Positions 37,221 through 55,699 of a stretch of DNA of 64,000 nucleotides are shown in pieces. The stretch's first letter is position 1. Each line of letters starts with the position of its first letter. This stretch comes from Dictyostelium discoideum (Eukaryota), in assembly GCA_000004695.1 (NCBI GenBank), contig CM000151.3:3616001-3680000 (forward strand), given 5' to 3'. Position numbers and translations under genes: made by a program. A model generated the notes under the pieces. That model ran no database searches, was not told where the DNA came from, and was given only the letters and a program-made list of their open reading frames with translations.

Positions 37221-40200
37221 GATGTTATCAAAAGGTAGAGATGTTTCAGAAGCATTTCCTCAAGTTGTAAAGAATGTAATTGTAAAGAATTTAGAGATTA
37301 AGAAATTAGTATACATGTATTTAGTTCATTATGCAGAGAGTCAAAATGATAGTGCATTATTGTCAATTAATACCATTCAAAAGTCATTAAATGATCAAAG
37401 TCAAGTGATTAGAGCATCAGCATTGAGAGTTATGTCATCAATTCGTGTTATTGATATCATTGAAGTGATTATATTGGCAATTGAGAAATCTGTTAAGGAT
37501 ACATCACCATTTGTTAGAAAGGCCGCTGCTTTTGCAATTGCAAAAGTACATAAATTGGATTGTGATAAACAAGAGCCATTAATCGACCTATTGGAAATAC
37601 TCTTAAATGATACAAGTACAATGGTATTAGGTGCTGCTATCGTCGCTTTCAATGAACTTTGTCCACAACGTTTTGATCTCCTTCATCAACATTATAGAAA
37701 AATTTGTCAATTATTAGCTGATTTCGATGAATGGTCACAAGTAATCGTACTTGATATTCTTACAAAATATGCAAGATCACAATTTAGATGTCCTGATTCA
37801 ACAATGGTAATTATTAAAAAATAAATATATTAATAATTTAATTTTAATTTTGAAAGGTACTAATCTTTTTTTTAAAAAAAATAAATAAATAAATAAATAC
37901 TACCACTACCACTACCACTACCACTACCAGTACCACTACCACTACCACTACCACACCACTACCACTACCACTACCACTACCACTACCACTACCACTACCA
38001 CTACCACTACCACTACCACTACCACTACCACTACCACTACCACTACCACTACCACTACCACTACCACTACCACTACCACTACCACTACCACCATCATACC
38101 ATAATCACTATCACTATCACTATCACTATCACTACCACCATCATACCAGCATCACTACCAATAGTACTACCAATACTAATACTAAATTTAAGAATGATAA
38201 AAATATTAAACAATTTAAAAAGAAATCAAAATCATTTTATTCAGATGAAGAAGATCAAGAAGATGATGAACCAGAAAATAGTTTATATAAAAAGAAACCA
38301 TTAGAAAGAGATATGTTTGATTCAAGTGAAGAGATTGATATGGATCATAGATTATTATTAAAATCAACATTACCATTATTACAGAGTAGAAATAATGCAG
38401 TAGTGATGGCAGTAAGTTCATTGTATTTCTATTGTGCACCATCGATTGAAGCACAAAAAGTTGGTAAATCATTAGTTCGTATTTTACGTAGTGGACCAGA
38501 AGTACAATACATTACATTGACCAACATTTCCACTATGGTAACATTGAGACCATCAATGTTTGAACCTCATTTATCAGAGTTTTTCATTCATTCATCTGAT
38601 CCAGAGTATAGCATCAAATTGAAATTAGAGATATTGACTCGTTTAGCAACACCTGAAAATATTGGTAAAATCTTGAAAGAGTTCAAAGAGTATGTAAAGA
38701 ATGAAGATAAGAAATTCGTTGCAGCCACAATTCAAGCGATTGGCTCCTGCGCCTCTACAGTACCAGATGTAACCGAATCATGTATCTATGGTTTAATGTC
38801 CCTCCTATCCAATCAATCAACTGTTGTAGTTGCAGAGAGTGTAATTGTTTTAAAAAGATTATTACAATTGAATGCAACAAATGAAAAACTTGAGAAATTA
38901 GAAAAAGAAAAAGAAAAAGAAAAAGATGTCAAAGAAAATCAATCAACCATTTCAAAACATTCATCATCAAATAATTCAATTAAATATGATAATATAATTT
39001 TACATTTATCAAAACTATTAGATACACTTCAAGTACCAAGTGCACGTGCATCAATCGTTTGGGTAATTGGTGAATATTGCTATCGTGTACCATTGGTTGC
39101 ACCAGATGTATTTAGAAAATTAGTTAAATCATTCTCTGATGAACATGAATCTGTTAAATTGGAAACCTTAAATTTAGGTTCAAAATTATATGTTCAATTC
39201 ACTGATAATAATAGTACTACCACTACTGATAATAGTATACCAAATGAATTTAAAAATGAAAGAACTAAAGAAAAGATCACCTTAATGTTTCAATATGTTT
39301 TAAATTTAGCAAAATTCGATCAAAACTATGATATTAGAGATAATAGTAGAATGTTAAAACATTTCTATTTCAATACTGAGAATACTCAATCCATCAATAG
39401 TAATATCAAACAAATCGTTATCAATCAAAAACCAATTCCAACTGAAACTTCAATAAGTGAAGATAGACAACGTTTTACACTTGGTTCATTATCACATATC
39501 GTTAATCATACTGCTTTAGGTTACACCGCATTACCTGATTTCCCTGATGTTGCCCCTGATCCATCAGTTAGAGAACCAATTCAACGTTGGATTCCAAATC
39601 AACAATCACAACAACAACAACACCAACAACAACAATTAAATAATATTTTCGTTGATACTCCATTTTATTCTGATGAGGAAGAAGAAGATGAGGAGGAGTA
39701 TGATGAGGAGGAAGAGGAAGAAGAATATGAAGAACAAAATGAATATGAAGATTTCTTTGGTGAAGAAAAGAAAAATAAAAAGAAAAATAGAAAACAACAA
39801 AACTATGATGAAGATGAATATAATCAAGATATTGATGATGGTGAATATGATGGTGAAGGTGAAGTTCAAGCAGAGGATGAAGATGATTTCGATGAATTAT
39901 TTGGTATAACTAATGACGATAACAATCAAACCGCTAATGGTATTGGTGGTGGTGGTAGTGGTGAGGAAGAAATGGATAAATTTGATTTTGAAAATTATAT
40001 AAACTCCACTACCAAATCTGTAAAGAAAATATTATTAAAACCAACAATTAGTGGTGGATTAAGTATTGATTATTGTTTCATTAGAATCAGAGATAATGAA
40101 GAATTTTCATGTCAACCACGTTATAATATCATTCAATTAAATATAAAGAATCAATCTGATGAAACTTTCACCGATATCTCTATCATTAATAAAAATTTAA

Positions 40201-40594
40201 TCGATGGTGCTGATATTAGTGAATTTGATCCAATCGAATCAATTGAACCAAATCAAGCAATTCAAAAACAAATTTATGTTTTATTTAATTCAACTTCTCA
40301 ATCTTGTAAATTTGAAATTAGGTAAATTTTTTATTTTTTTATTTTTTTATTTATTACTTTTGAAAATTAAATACAAATATTAATTAAAAAATATATATAT
40401 TTTATTATTATCATTATAGCTTTAATAAAGGTAATTTCCCAGTAACTTTAACACCAATTATTGGTGAATTATTAATACCAATTGTACCAATTTATGAATC
40501 AATTAGTCAATGGAAAGATGAATTTGAAGAAGTTGGTGAATTTAAACAAGTTGATGATCAATTTGAATTTGGTGATCAATGCTTAGATAAATTA

Positions 40595-40632
<38 letters not shown>

Positions 40633-40891
40633 AAGTGGTGATGAAAATATTGGTTTAATGCCAATTTTACCAATAGTTTTAGAAGGTATTAATTTAATTC
40701 CAATAGCCTCGAATAAATTAAAATCAAAGATTCAATTTGCAAGTAAAACTTTATTAAAAGATGAAAACATTTATGTTCAAATTCAATTATTAAAACAACA
40801 ACCACCAACTGTTAATTGTATTATTAGAAGCAATGATCAAGTTGTATCTGCTCTATTACTTAAAAAATTAAAAGATGTCTTACAAAAATAA
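36959..40891 (+). CDS. ap3b1: AP-3 adaptor complex beta subunit (about 1108 aa); 4 exons, 36959..37099, 37222..37806, 38193..40321 and 40420..40891
   Basis: ...DADKLESMKKLIA|MLSKGRDVSEAFPQVVKNVIVKNLEIKKLVYMYLVHYAESQNDSALLSINTIQKSLNDQSQVIRASALRVMSSIRV...|NDKNIKQFKKKSKSFYSDEEDQ...MDHRLLLKSTLPLLQSRNNAVVMAV...NYDIRDNSRMLKHF...FTLGSLSHIVNHTALGYTALPDFPDVAPDPSVR..., collinear with human AP3B1. The acidic Ser/Glu hinge is replaced by a D/E/Y/N-rich tract. Intron 2 (37807..38192) carries a hexamer microsatellite. Confidence 0.8.
37899..38132. repeat. (CCACTA)n hexanucleotide microsatellite of about 33 units, degenerating into (CACTAT)n; it lies inside AP-3 beta intron 2
   Basis: Read directly. The only AG with the correct phase for exon 3 lies downstream at 38191-38192, so the repeat is intronic. 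Confidence 0.85.
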
Positions 40892-41046
40892 AGAAAGAAA
40901 TTAAGTGTGAAGAAAAAGAAAAAAAAAAAAAAACCTGGAAAAAAAAAAAAAATAAAAAAAAAAAAACCTGGAAAAAAAAAAAAAATATATTAAATTATAA
41001 TAAATAATAAAATAAATAAAAATAATAAAAACCTTTAAAATTAAAA

Positions 41047-41088
<42 letters not shown>

Positions 41089-41874
41089 CACTTTTATTTA
41101 TTTATTTATTTTATTTATTAATTTATTTTTTTCTTCTGACAACGTATTTTTTAATAAATTAAAAAAAAATGGTAATAAAAGATTTAAATAAAAGATATCA
41201 AAATTTATTTAAACTATTTATATTATTAAAGTATCTTATTAATATTGATTTTATTATTTGAATCTTTTAATAAAGTTATTATTCTTGATCCTAACTTCAT
41301 CAATTCTATCCAATAATATTATAATTAAAATAATAATTATGATAAAAGGATAATAGATGATTATTTCTTTCACTCAATATAAATATATATGTAACACTAT
41401 TTAAATATTTATTATTTTTTTTTTTTTATTTTTTTATTTTAACCCTTACCAATCCATTTACCAAAAGTTTATTCGTAAAAAAAAAAAAATGAAAAAAAAA
41501 AATAAAAAATTTTGCCACCACACAAAACTTAAAATTTTAGATCTTCCATTTTCAATTAAAAAAAAAAAAAAAAAAACAGTAAAATTTGGCCCTATTATTA
41601 GTTGCAATGAATTTTTAAAGTGCACTTTTTGGAAATTTAAAAGACGTTTTACAAAAAAAAAGGGTAAAAAAATAAATAAATTCTAAACAGTATTTTTTTT
41701 TTTCTAAACATTTTAAAATTCACAACAAAACAAAATTTTTTTTTTTTTTTTCTTCAAAGTTATGAGCTAACCTTTTTTCCTTTTAATTTTTTTTCTTTTT
41801 TTTTTTTTTTAATTATGGAGCGAATCCAAATTTGAAGTATTTTCCCACCCCATCCTCCACCTAATCTGAAATAT

Positions 41875-41909
<35 letters not shown>

Positions 41910-43532
41910 TTGTTATTATTAATATTTTTTTGGGGAATAAATAAAAAACTGACAGACAAATAATAATAATAACAATCACAATCATTGAATAAAAAAAAAA
42001 AAAAAAATCCAATTAAAATTCTATTATTAAAACCATATTCCAACCATTCGTAATTTCGTCAATGTGTTCTTTTTTTTTTTTTTTTTTTTTTATATTTTTT
42101 TTTTTTTTTGTTAAAAATCAAAAAAAAAAAAACTAAATAAAAATGGTTTAAAAAAAAAAAAAAACAATTGGTTAACTTGAACAATATAATTTTAAACTGT
42201 CACCAATAAAATATCGCTACCCATTAAAAAAAAACAATATTAAAAAAAAAAAATAAAAAAATGATCTGTGAAACACCAAATTAATTAGGAATAAAAAAAA
42301 AAATAAAAAAAAAAAAAAAACGAAAATGATCACTTTCTTTTTCTCCTTTATAATCGTTTCATTTTTTTTTATTTTTTTTTTATTTTTTTTTTATTTTTTT
42401 ATTTTTTTTTTTTTGAGATTAATTTTATTATAATTATTAAACCCTGCAAAAATTTTGTGGGCAAACCTCTTAGTATTTAATTTTTTAAAAAAGTTCGGTT
42501 TTTAGGTGCGCCATTGCTCTCACACATGCGAAAAAAAAAAAAAAAAAAAAAAAATTAATTAAAAAAAAAATAAAATAAAATAAAAAAATAATAAAATAAT
42601 AAAATAATAAAAAATAAAAAATATACAAAAAAAAAAAAAAACACAAAAATAAAAGAATAATAATAAAAAAAATAAATAAATAATAATTATAAAAAAATAA
42701 AAATAAAAAAAAAATAAAAAATAAAAAATAAAAAAATGTATTGATGTGTCTATGCATGCAACACTTTTTACTACAATTACAAAACATTAATAACAAATAA
42801 AAAAACAAAATATAATTATATCTACCTTACCTAAACTGGGTTAGTGGTATTTAATTAAATTAGAAAAAAAAAAAGAAAAAAAGAAAAAAAAAGAAAAAAA
42901 AGAAAAAAAAAAAAAAAAAAAAGAGAATTACACAACACATTTTCACACACCCAATTTCTCACATTTATGAGATACAAAATATTGAATGGTAATATTAAAT
43001 TCTTACAACATATTTAACCACTATAGCCACATAACTCGAAAAAAAAAAAAAAAAAAAAAAAAACCACACAACCACTTGTTTGTTTATTATTTTATAATTT
43101 AAATAATAATAATAATAAATACACTTCTACCTACACATTATCATAACCTCACATAAAAAAAAAAAAAACACACCCCCTCCTCACATTATTATTTTTATTA
43201 TTATTGTTATTTTTTTGTTGTTGTTGTTGAATCTATTTATATGTTTAATGTGTGATAAAAAAATTTTTAAAAAAAAAAAAGAAAAAAAGAAAAAAAATTT
43301 TAATAACCCAGATATTTGGTATTTTTATTATTTTCATTAATAATAATTAAATAAAAAAAAAAAAAAAAAAAAACTTGTTAAATATTTAAATGTGTATATA
43401 TAACGTTAAAATTACAAAATTAATTACAAACAACAACAACACAATCTTTCATCACACTTAAATTGGCACCGATACAATGTTTATTATTTTTTTTTAATTT
43501 AATATAACAGTTGTGTGTTTCCTAATTAAATT

Positions 43533-43563
<31 letters not shown>

Positions 43564-44426
43564 TTATTATTATTATTATCACATAAATATTTATATACCT
43601 ACAATTCACCACACCCCTCCAATAATTCAATTAATCTGTATGACTTTGTTTTCTTTTTCTTTTTCTTTTTTTTTTTTTTTTTCCTTTTTTTTTTTTTTAA
43701 TTTTTTTATATTTTTTTTTTTTCCATTTTTTTTTTTTTTAATTTATATTTTTTATTAAAAAAAAAAAAAAAAATCATTAGAGGATTGTTTTATTATTTAA
43801 TAAAATTCTACACACACATATATATATATATATATATTGTGTATATATATATATATATTATATATATATATTAATAGGGAAAAAAAATATATACCATTCC
43901 ACACCAATAATTTTTTTATTACGACTTTCAAAAATTTAATATATTATAATAACCCACTTCCACAAAAAAACACACACATATACATAACCAAAAATAAACA
44001 CTATATGTTTCCAATTATTATTATTACTCTAAAAATATTAATAAATTACTAATATTAATCATTTTAGTAAAACATCTTTTTATTCTTTTTTTTTTTTTTT
44101 TTTTAAATTAAATTAAAAAATAAAAATATATATTTTTTTTTTTCTTTTCTTTTTTTTTTTTTTTATTTTATTTTTTTCAATATATTTATAAATTCAAATC
44201 ATAAAAATTAAAAAAATATAAAATAACAGCATCAAATATATCCATTCAAAAAAAAGTTTCAATTATTAGGTGATAAAGTTTTTTTTTTTTTTTTTTTTCA
44301 ATATAATTTTTTTTTTTTTTTTTTTAACAAATTAAAAAAATAAAAAAAAAAAAAAAAAAAAAAAAAAACCAACACACAAGTTAGAAATATAAAAACCAAT
44401 AGCAGCATTTATATACAATAATCATT

Positions 44427-48424
<3,998 letters not shown>

Positions 48425-48881
48425 ATTATGTTTCTCTTTTTCAAGCAACCGATTAGTAACCTCTTGCTTCAAAATACAAATATTAATCTATATAAATAAT
48501 AAAACTATTTATTCTTTTTTTTTTTATATATTCTTTTTTTTTTTTTTCCACAAAAACTTTCAACATTCAAAGATATCCCTTTTTTCCAAAAAAAAAAAAA
48601 AAAATACAAATACTGGAACTTGTTTTTTTTTTCCCCAATAGCAGTTTCTAAAATAAAAAAATAAAGTTAAAAAAAAAACATAAACATTTCTTTTTTACAA
48701 AATTTTAGTTACCTAAAGGATTTTTTAAAAATCACATTCTTTTTTTATCACTTTAAGATTTTATTTCTTGTATATATATATATATTTATTGTTTTTAAAA
48801 TTATATATATATATTTATTGCTTTTTTTTTTTATAAATAAGATAATTAAATGATTTGTGACTTTTTTTTACAGTGTAGAAT

Positions 48882-51431
48882 TTATAGAGCATCAGAATTT
48901 GAATCTAATTCAACAGATTGACTGTCTCCATTTTCATTTTCCTGTCTAGTTTCATATTCCATATTTGAGGAAGCTTTTACTGAAATATTATTTGTAGTTG
49001 AAGAGTTATTAGAATTTGAAGATTTTGCAGTTGTTGTTGCATTTGTGAATTGTTCAATCTTTTGTCCAATGAATACAACGAAATAGTTATATTTCCAAAT
49101 TTGAAGGGTTTTCTTGGAAATACCATAAATGATAAATGCATAAACACCAAAAACTCTAATACTGTAAATAAAATAACCTAATCCAGTAATATCTGGGGCC
49201 TTTAATAGACAATCATTGGTGGAAGTACTTGTTAAAAGACATAGTGCATAAGATGGTATGGAATCGGTATAAACGTGCATATGATTATTAATCCATTGAT
49301 CATAAATAAATAAATATAAAAGACAAGAAAAATACATAATTAAACTAATAATTGGTTTTGCTTCCATTTTCAATACTTTAAATCTAGATTCTTTTGTTGA
49401 TTGGACATTACCAGATACAATCTTTTTTTATTTTTTTATTTTTTATTTTTTCAAAACATTAATAAATATAAAAAAAAAGTGAATTTCTAATAAAATAAAT
49501 ACTTACAACATAAATTTCTCTCATTAAAAGAATTAAAAATACACCACCTAAACATAAAAATATACCCATTGGCAACCAAAATGCAAACCTTCTATAGTTA
49601 AAAGTTGTTAACCAACAAAATGGATTTGCTGGTCCACCTGAATATTCATTCTTTGATATTGACACAATTGGTGGTATCCATGCTATAATTAATGATGCTA
49701 CTAAATAATAAATAAATCTATCTTTTTGTTTTTTTCCAACTATAATTTAAATATTTAAAATAAATTATATTTTATTATTTTTAGAGAAAACAATAATTAA
49801 TAATAAATAATTAATAATAATTAATAATAATTAGTAATAGTTAATAATAGTTAATAATAGCTAATAATAATTATAATTAATATAACTAATAAATAATTAA
49901 TAATAATTAATAATAAAATAATAATTTACCTTGGAAAATTGTAAACCATACTTCAAAAGAGAGTACACACCACCATTGAACTACTAAAAGTGATGATCCA
50001 TGTAAAAGAAATCCTAATTTTTAAATTTGATTAGTTAAAATAAAATAAATATATAAGGTTATTTATTTTTTTTTTTCTATAAAAAAAATTTACCTGTTGC
50101 AACACACATCCTATCTATATATGAAGCAAAACGTCCATCTTCTGGACATAATGTATTTTCAGTCCCATTAAAGGTCATTAATGCACCAGAAAATGCTTGA
50201 AGGAAAATACTGGATAACAACATAACATTGATTTTATCGAATCTTGAAACTTTTGGGTTAATAATTCCCAATGTAATTACTAAAAATAATGTTAATATAC
50301 ATGATAAAATTGATAATACATCTGATAATCTATATATATTCCTCCATTGATTTGCATAATATCTTTATAAGTTAATAAAATATATTGTGAAAATAAATTT
50401 ATTATTAATATAATGTAATTGGGGAGAGAGAGTTATAAAAAAAATTAAAAGTATATTAAAATAATAAAAAAAATACAGACAATGGTGCAGGACATCCCAC
50501 TACACAAGTTGTATTTGTAGATGGGAATATATAACCTATTGATTTATCATGAATTTCATCAGTTGAAACATGATAAACTAAAGGTTCAAAACATTGTTGA
50601 ATTGATGTATTTTGAGAATTTGCAATAAGATCTGTGTTTTCACATGTATTTGTATAGCTTAAACTATCAATTTGATAGGTGGTTGTATTTTTTGGAAATA
50701 CTGAATAAGAAATATTTTCAAATGTATATTTAGTTGCGCAACTTAACCTAGATGTTGAAATTTGACATGATGTTGTCATATTTAAACAATTGTTATAACA
50801 AGGTAAAATTGGATATGCATAGGTTACTTTTGAAACTGGATCTGTATATTTTTCACATTCTGGAAAAAGCTAAAAATAAAAATAAAAAAATAAAAAAAAG
50901 TAATTAATAAATGTGAGATATAAATAGAAAAAAAAAAGAAAATTTAATTACTTACAAAAGCACACAGTAAAGCAAAAGTACGAGGATTTTTACAAGATTC
51001 GAATGATTTATAGAAATTAATATATTGACGAACTAAATTACCTTGTGCTTGAATAGCTTCTTGACTTGATGTTGAGTTTATATAAATACTATCTTTTTTT
51101 TTTTTTTTTTTTTTTTTTACACAAAGATTTAAAACATATAAAAAAATTTATAAAAATAAAGAAAATTAATAAAAAAAAAAACTAACAACATGGATTTGAT
51201 AAAGAGCCATCCCATAATAAAAAAATAAAAAAAAATAAACTACTAACTTGGATTTGATAAAAAGCCATCACATAACTGGATCCCTGGACTATCACCCCTA
51301 TATTTTTGACATGTGGCACCTTTATCTAGTGGAAAGTATTGAGATTTAGCAACGTCACCGAAATATAAAATAATAAAAAAAATATAGATAATTGGTAAAA
51401 GATTTTTATTTGAGACCATGACTGTTCGCAA
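48882..51431 (-). CDS. Frizzled/smoothened-like 7TM receptor (fsl family) with an N-terminal Frizzled cysteine-rich domain; about 7 exons. Confident exons: about 51253..51419/51431, about 50938..51078, about 50470..50863, then TM exons through 48882.
   Basis: The signal peptide plus CRD pieces CQKYRGDSPGIQLCDGF..., ...SSQEAIQAQGNLVRQYINFYKSFESCKNPRTFALLCAF|LFPECEKYTDPVSKVTYAYPILPCYNNCLNMTTSCQ... fit the Fz CRD pattern (C.P....C...Y..T.MPN..gh.sQ.EA....F.pL....CS..l..FLCs.y.P.C......i.PCR..Ce.....C). The downstream hydrophobic exons end with ...GISKKTLQIWKYNYF, the Frizzled juxtamembrane K-T-x-x-x-W motif. Confidence 0.6.
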
Positions 51432-51909
51432 AAATTATTGGAGTTATTGCAAATATAATGAATAAAAAAAAAAAAAAAAAAATTGATTTGATCATTTTAT
51501 TATAAAAAAAAAAATTGATTTGATCATTTTATTTTTAAAAAAAAAAAAAAATTTTAAAATAAAAATAAAATAAAATAAAAATAAAATAAAAAAAATATCT
51601 CCGAGCAGTGAAAAAAAAAATTTTAAAAATAAAAAAAAATCTTGGCTTTATCATAATCAAAAAAAAGATGGAATGTCTTTATTGACCCCCAAATAAAATG
51701 TTTAGAAAAAGAAATGATTAAAAAAAATATCTATATTAATTGAATAACAAATTTATTTTTGCATTTATATTTAAAAAAAACCCAATTCCGTTTTATTTTA
51801 CAATTTTTTTTTTTTTATTATATGATTAGCTTTTTTTTTTTTTCTTTTTTTTTTTCCCCAAAAGGTATATTACTATAAATTATTAACTATACACAAATAT
51901 TATTGATAA

Positions 51910-52434
51910 TTAATTTGATTGATTTTCGTTATTTTGGTCGGATGATTCTTGTTGAGATTGTTGTTGTTGTTGAATTTGTTTTTGTTGTTGTGCTTGTAAC
52001 ATTAAATCTGAAATTGATTTATCTAATTCATCAATTCTTTGTCCCATTTCGTCAACTTTTTATTATTTAATTTTTAAAAATAAAAATAAAAATAAAATAT
52101 ATATTAGTATAATATGTAAAAAAAAGAAAAAAAAAAAATGAAAAACTATTACATACTTCTGGTTAAAATTGATTCTGATACTTTTTCAAATCTAGATTGC
52201 TGAAAAAATAAAAAAAAATAAAATAAAATAAAAGAAATTAGAACATTAAATATAAAAGGTAAAATAAATATATAGGTAATAATTGTTTTTGGGTTGCAGT
52301 GGTGTTGCTCTTACCATTTGCTCTAATAAATTTTGAACTACATTTCCTATTAAAACATCACCATTATTTTGAGGTTGTTGTGGTTGTTGTGGTTGTGGAT
52401 TGGTTGAATTTGTATTGTTATTGTTTGTACTCAT
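51910..52434 (-). CDS. hsbp1: Heat shock factor-binding protein 1 (HSBP1) homologue with an N/Q-rich N-terminal extension; 3 exons, 52315..52434, 52157..52199 and 51910..52055
   Basis: ...NGDVLIGNVVQNLLEQM|QSRFEKVSESILTR|IDEMGQRIDELDKSISDLMLQAQQQ..., against human HSBP1 [52 protein letters not shown]. Donors atg|GTAAGA and agaa|GTATGT. Confidence 0.65.
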
Positions 52435-52723
52435 TTTCTTTTGTTTATATAAAGAGTTTGTTTTTCTCGCTTTGAAATGAATAAATTACGCAATCCTTAA
52501 AATTTCAATTAAAATTTTTTTTTTTTTTTTTTTGATTTTTTTTTTTTTTTTTTTTTTTTTTTGATTTTTTTTTATATTTTATTTTATTTTATATTTTTTT
52601 TATTTTTTCTTTTTTTTTGTGAAAATAATTTATTTAGTTAGCCAAAAAAAAAAAATAAAAAAAAAAAAATAATAAAAAAAAAATACTTCTAAATAGTGAA
52701 ATAATAAAAATAATAATAATAAA

Positions 52724-53931
52724 ATGATTATTTATATTTTATTTTCATTATTAGCAGCAGTTATTGTCCATTTGGTGTATAAGAAACAAACAGGGTTCAA
52801 ATTAAAGGGTAAACATATTGTTGTTGTTGGTGGATCAAGTGGAATTGGTAAAGAATTAGTTTATGAATTATTAAAAGAAAATATTGCTAGTATTTCAGTT
52901 ATTTCAAGAAGTTTAGATAAATTAAGATCAGTTGTTGATGATTGTCCATCTGAAGTATGTACAAAATCCACACCTTTAAATGTTGGAGTATTTATTTAAT
53001 TTTTTTTTTTTTTTTTTTTTAAAAAAATCTTCAATTACTAATTTTTTATTTTTTTCATTTTTTTTTATTTTATTCTTTCATTTCCATTTTTTTTTTTTTT
53101 TTTTTTATTCCAATTTCTTCCACTTTTTTTTTTTTTTTTCAATTTTTTATTTTTTTTTTAATTTTTTAATTTTTAAAATTTAATATTTAGTCATTAAAAT
53201 CAAAAATTGAAATTTATTCATGTGATATTACAAATAAAATTAAAGTTAAAGAAACCATTGCACAAATTGTATCAAAGAATCAAGGTGGTAAAATTGATTG
53301 TTTAATAAATTGTGCAGGATTTGCGATTCCAGGATATTTCATTGAACAAGATGAAGAAATCTTTGAAAAGACAATGCAATTAGATTATTTCGGATCATTA
53401 TATGCAACCAAAGAAGTTGTACCATTAATGATTGAAAATGGTGGTCAAGGTGGTCACATTGTATTCGTATCGTCAACATGTGGTTTAGTGGGTGTACCAG
53501 GTTATTCAACTTATTGCCCATCGAAATTCGCATTGAGGGGATTAGCTGAAACATTAAGATCAGAATTGAAACCATATAAAATTACATTCTCTGTTGTTTA
53601 TCCACCAGATACCGATACACCAGGATATCAACAAGAGAATCTCACAAAACCAGAAGAAACCGTTGCAATCAGTGGTGGAGGTAAAGCAGTATCACCATTG
53701 GAAGTTGCTAAATCAATCGTTAGTGGTATTAAAAATGGCGATTATCATATCGCCTACGATGTTCCAACTAAACTTTGTGCTGTATTATCACCAGGTCTCA
53801 CCCCATTCTATTTCTCTTTCTTTGATATCCTTTTAGCTCCAATTTGTCGTTTAGTTGGTATAATTGCAATGAATCAAAATGATGCAGAAGTTTTAAAATC
53901 TTGGAAAAAAAGAAATCAATTAAAAAAATAA
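52724..53931 (+). CDS. kdsr: 3-ketodihydrosphingosine (3-dehydrosphinganine) reductase, SDR family (KDSR/Tsc10); 2 exons, 52724..52981 and 53191..53931
   Basis: HIVVVGGSSGIGKEL (TGGSSGIGK), ...IDCLINCAGFAIPGYFIEQDEEIFEKTMQLDYFGSLYATKEV..., [62 protein letters not shown], against human KDSR [62 protein letters not shown]. Intron with a poly-T tract, donor aat|GTTGGA. Confidence 0.75.
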
Positions 53932-54271
53932 AATAAAAATATTTAAAAACTATTTTATTTATTATTTATATTTATTATTATTATTATCATTTTCAAATAA
54001 TTCTGGATTTGATTTAATTAAAGAGTTTCTAAGTTTATTTGAATTTAAAAGAATAGAACTAACTAATTGTTTACTTGGTTTATATAATGATATTAATTTT
54101 GTATCTTTTGGTGAACAAGTCCTAATTTCTTCTTCTTTTTTTAAATTTCTATTATTTTGCCATTCATCAAATGGTAATTCTAATGATTTTATTATACTTT
54201 TTTAAAAAAATAATTAGTATTTTTTAAAAAAAAATAGGAATATATATATATTATTAAATTTAAGATTCTTA

Positions 54272-55500
<1,229 letters not shown>

Positions 55501-55699
55501 AATTCTTTTTTTTTTTTTCAACTTATAAACACACAAAAAAAAAAAAAAATAAAAAAAAAATAAAAAAATAAAAAAAAAAAATAAAATAAATTTCCCAAAA
55601 CACAACGAAAGATTAAAAAAACTAATTTTAGGTTTTTTTTTTTTTTTTTTTTTTAATAATTTAATTTAGATTTTGATTTTGATTTATTTTATTTTATTT

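Noticed and set aside
37899-38132. The (CCACTA)n array as a possible CRISPR-like or coding repeat
   Set aside because: It is a perfect tandem microsatellite with no spacers, in a eukaryotic intron. Splice-phase analysis places it outside the CDS.
40322-40419. Treating KFEIR* at 40325 as the AP-3 beta stop
   Set aside because: attag|GTAAAT is a good donor, and the downstream ORF 40420..40891 continues in phase with a plausible adaptin C-terminal domain. The stop is therefore intronic.
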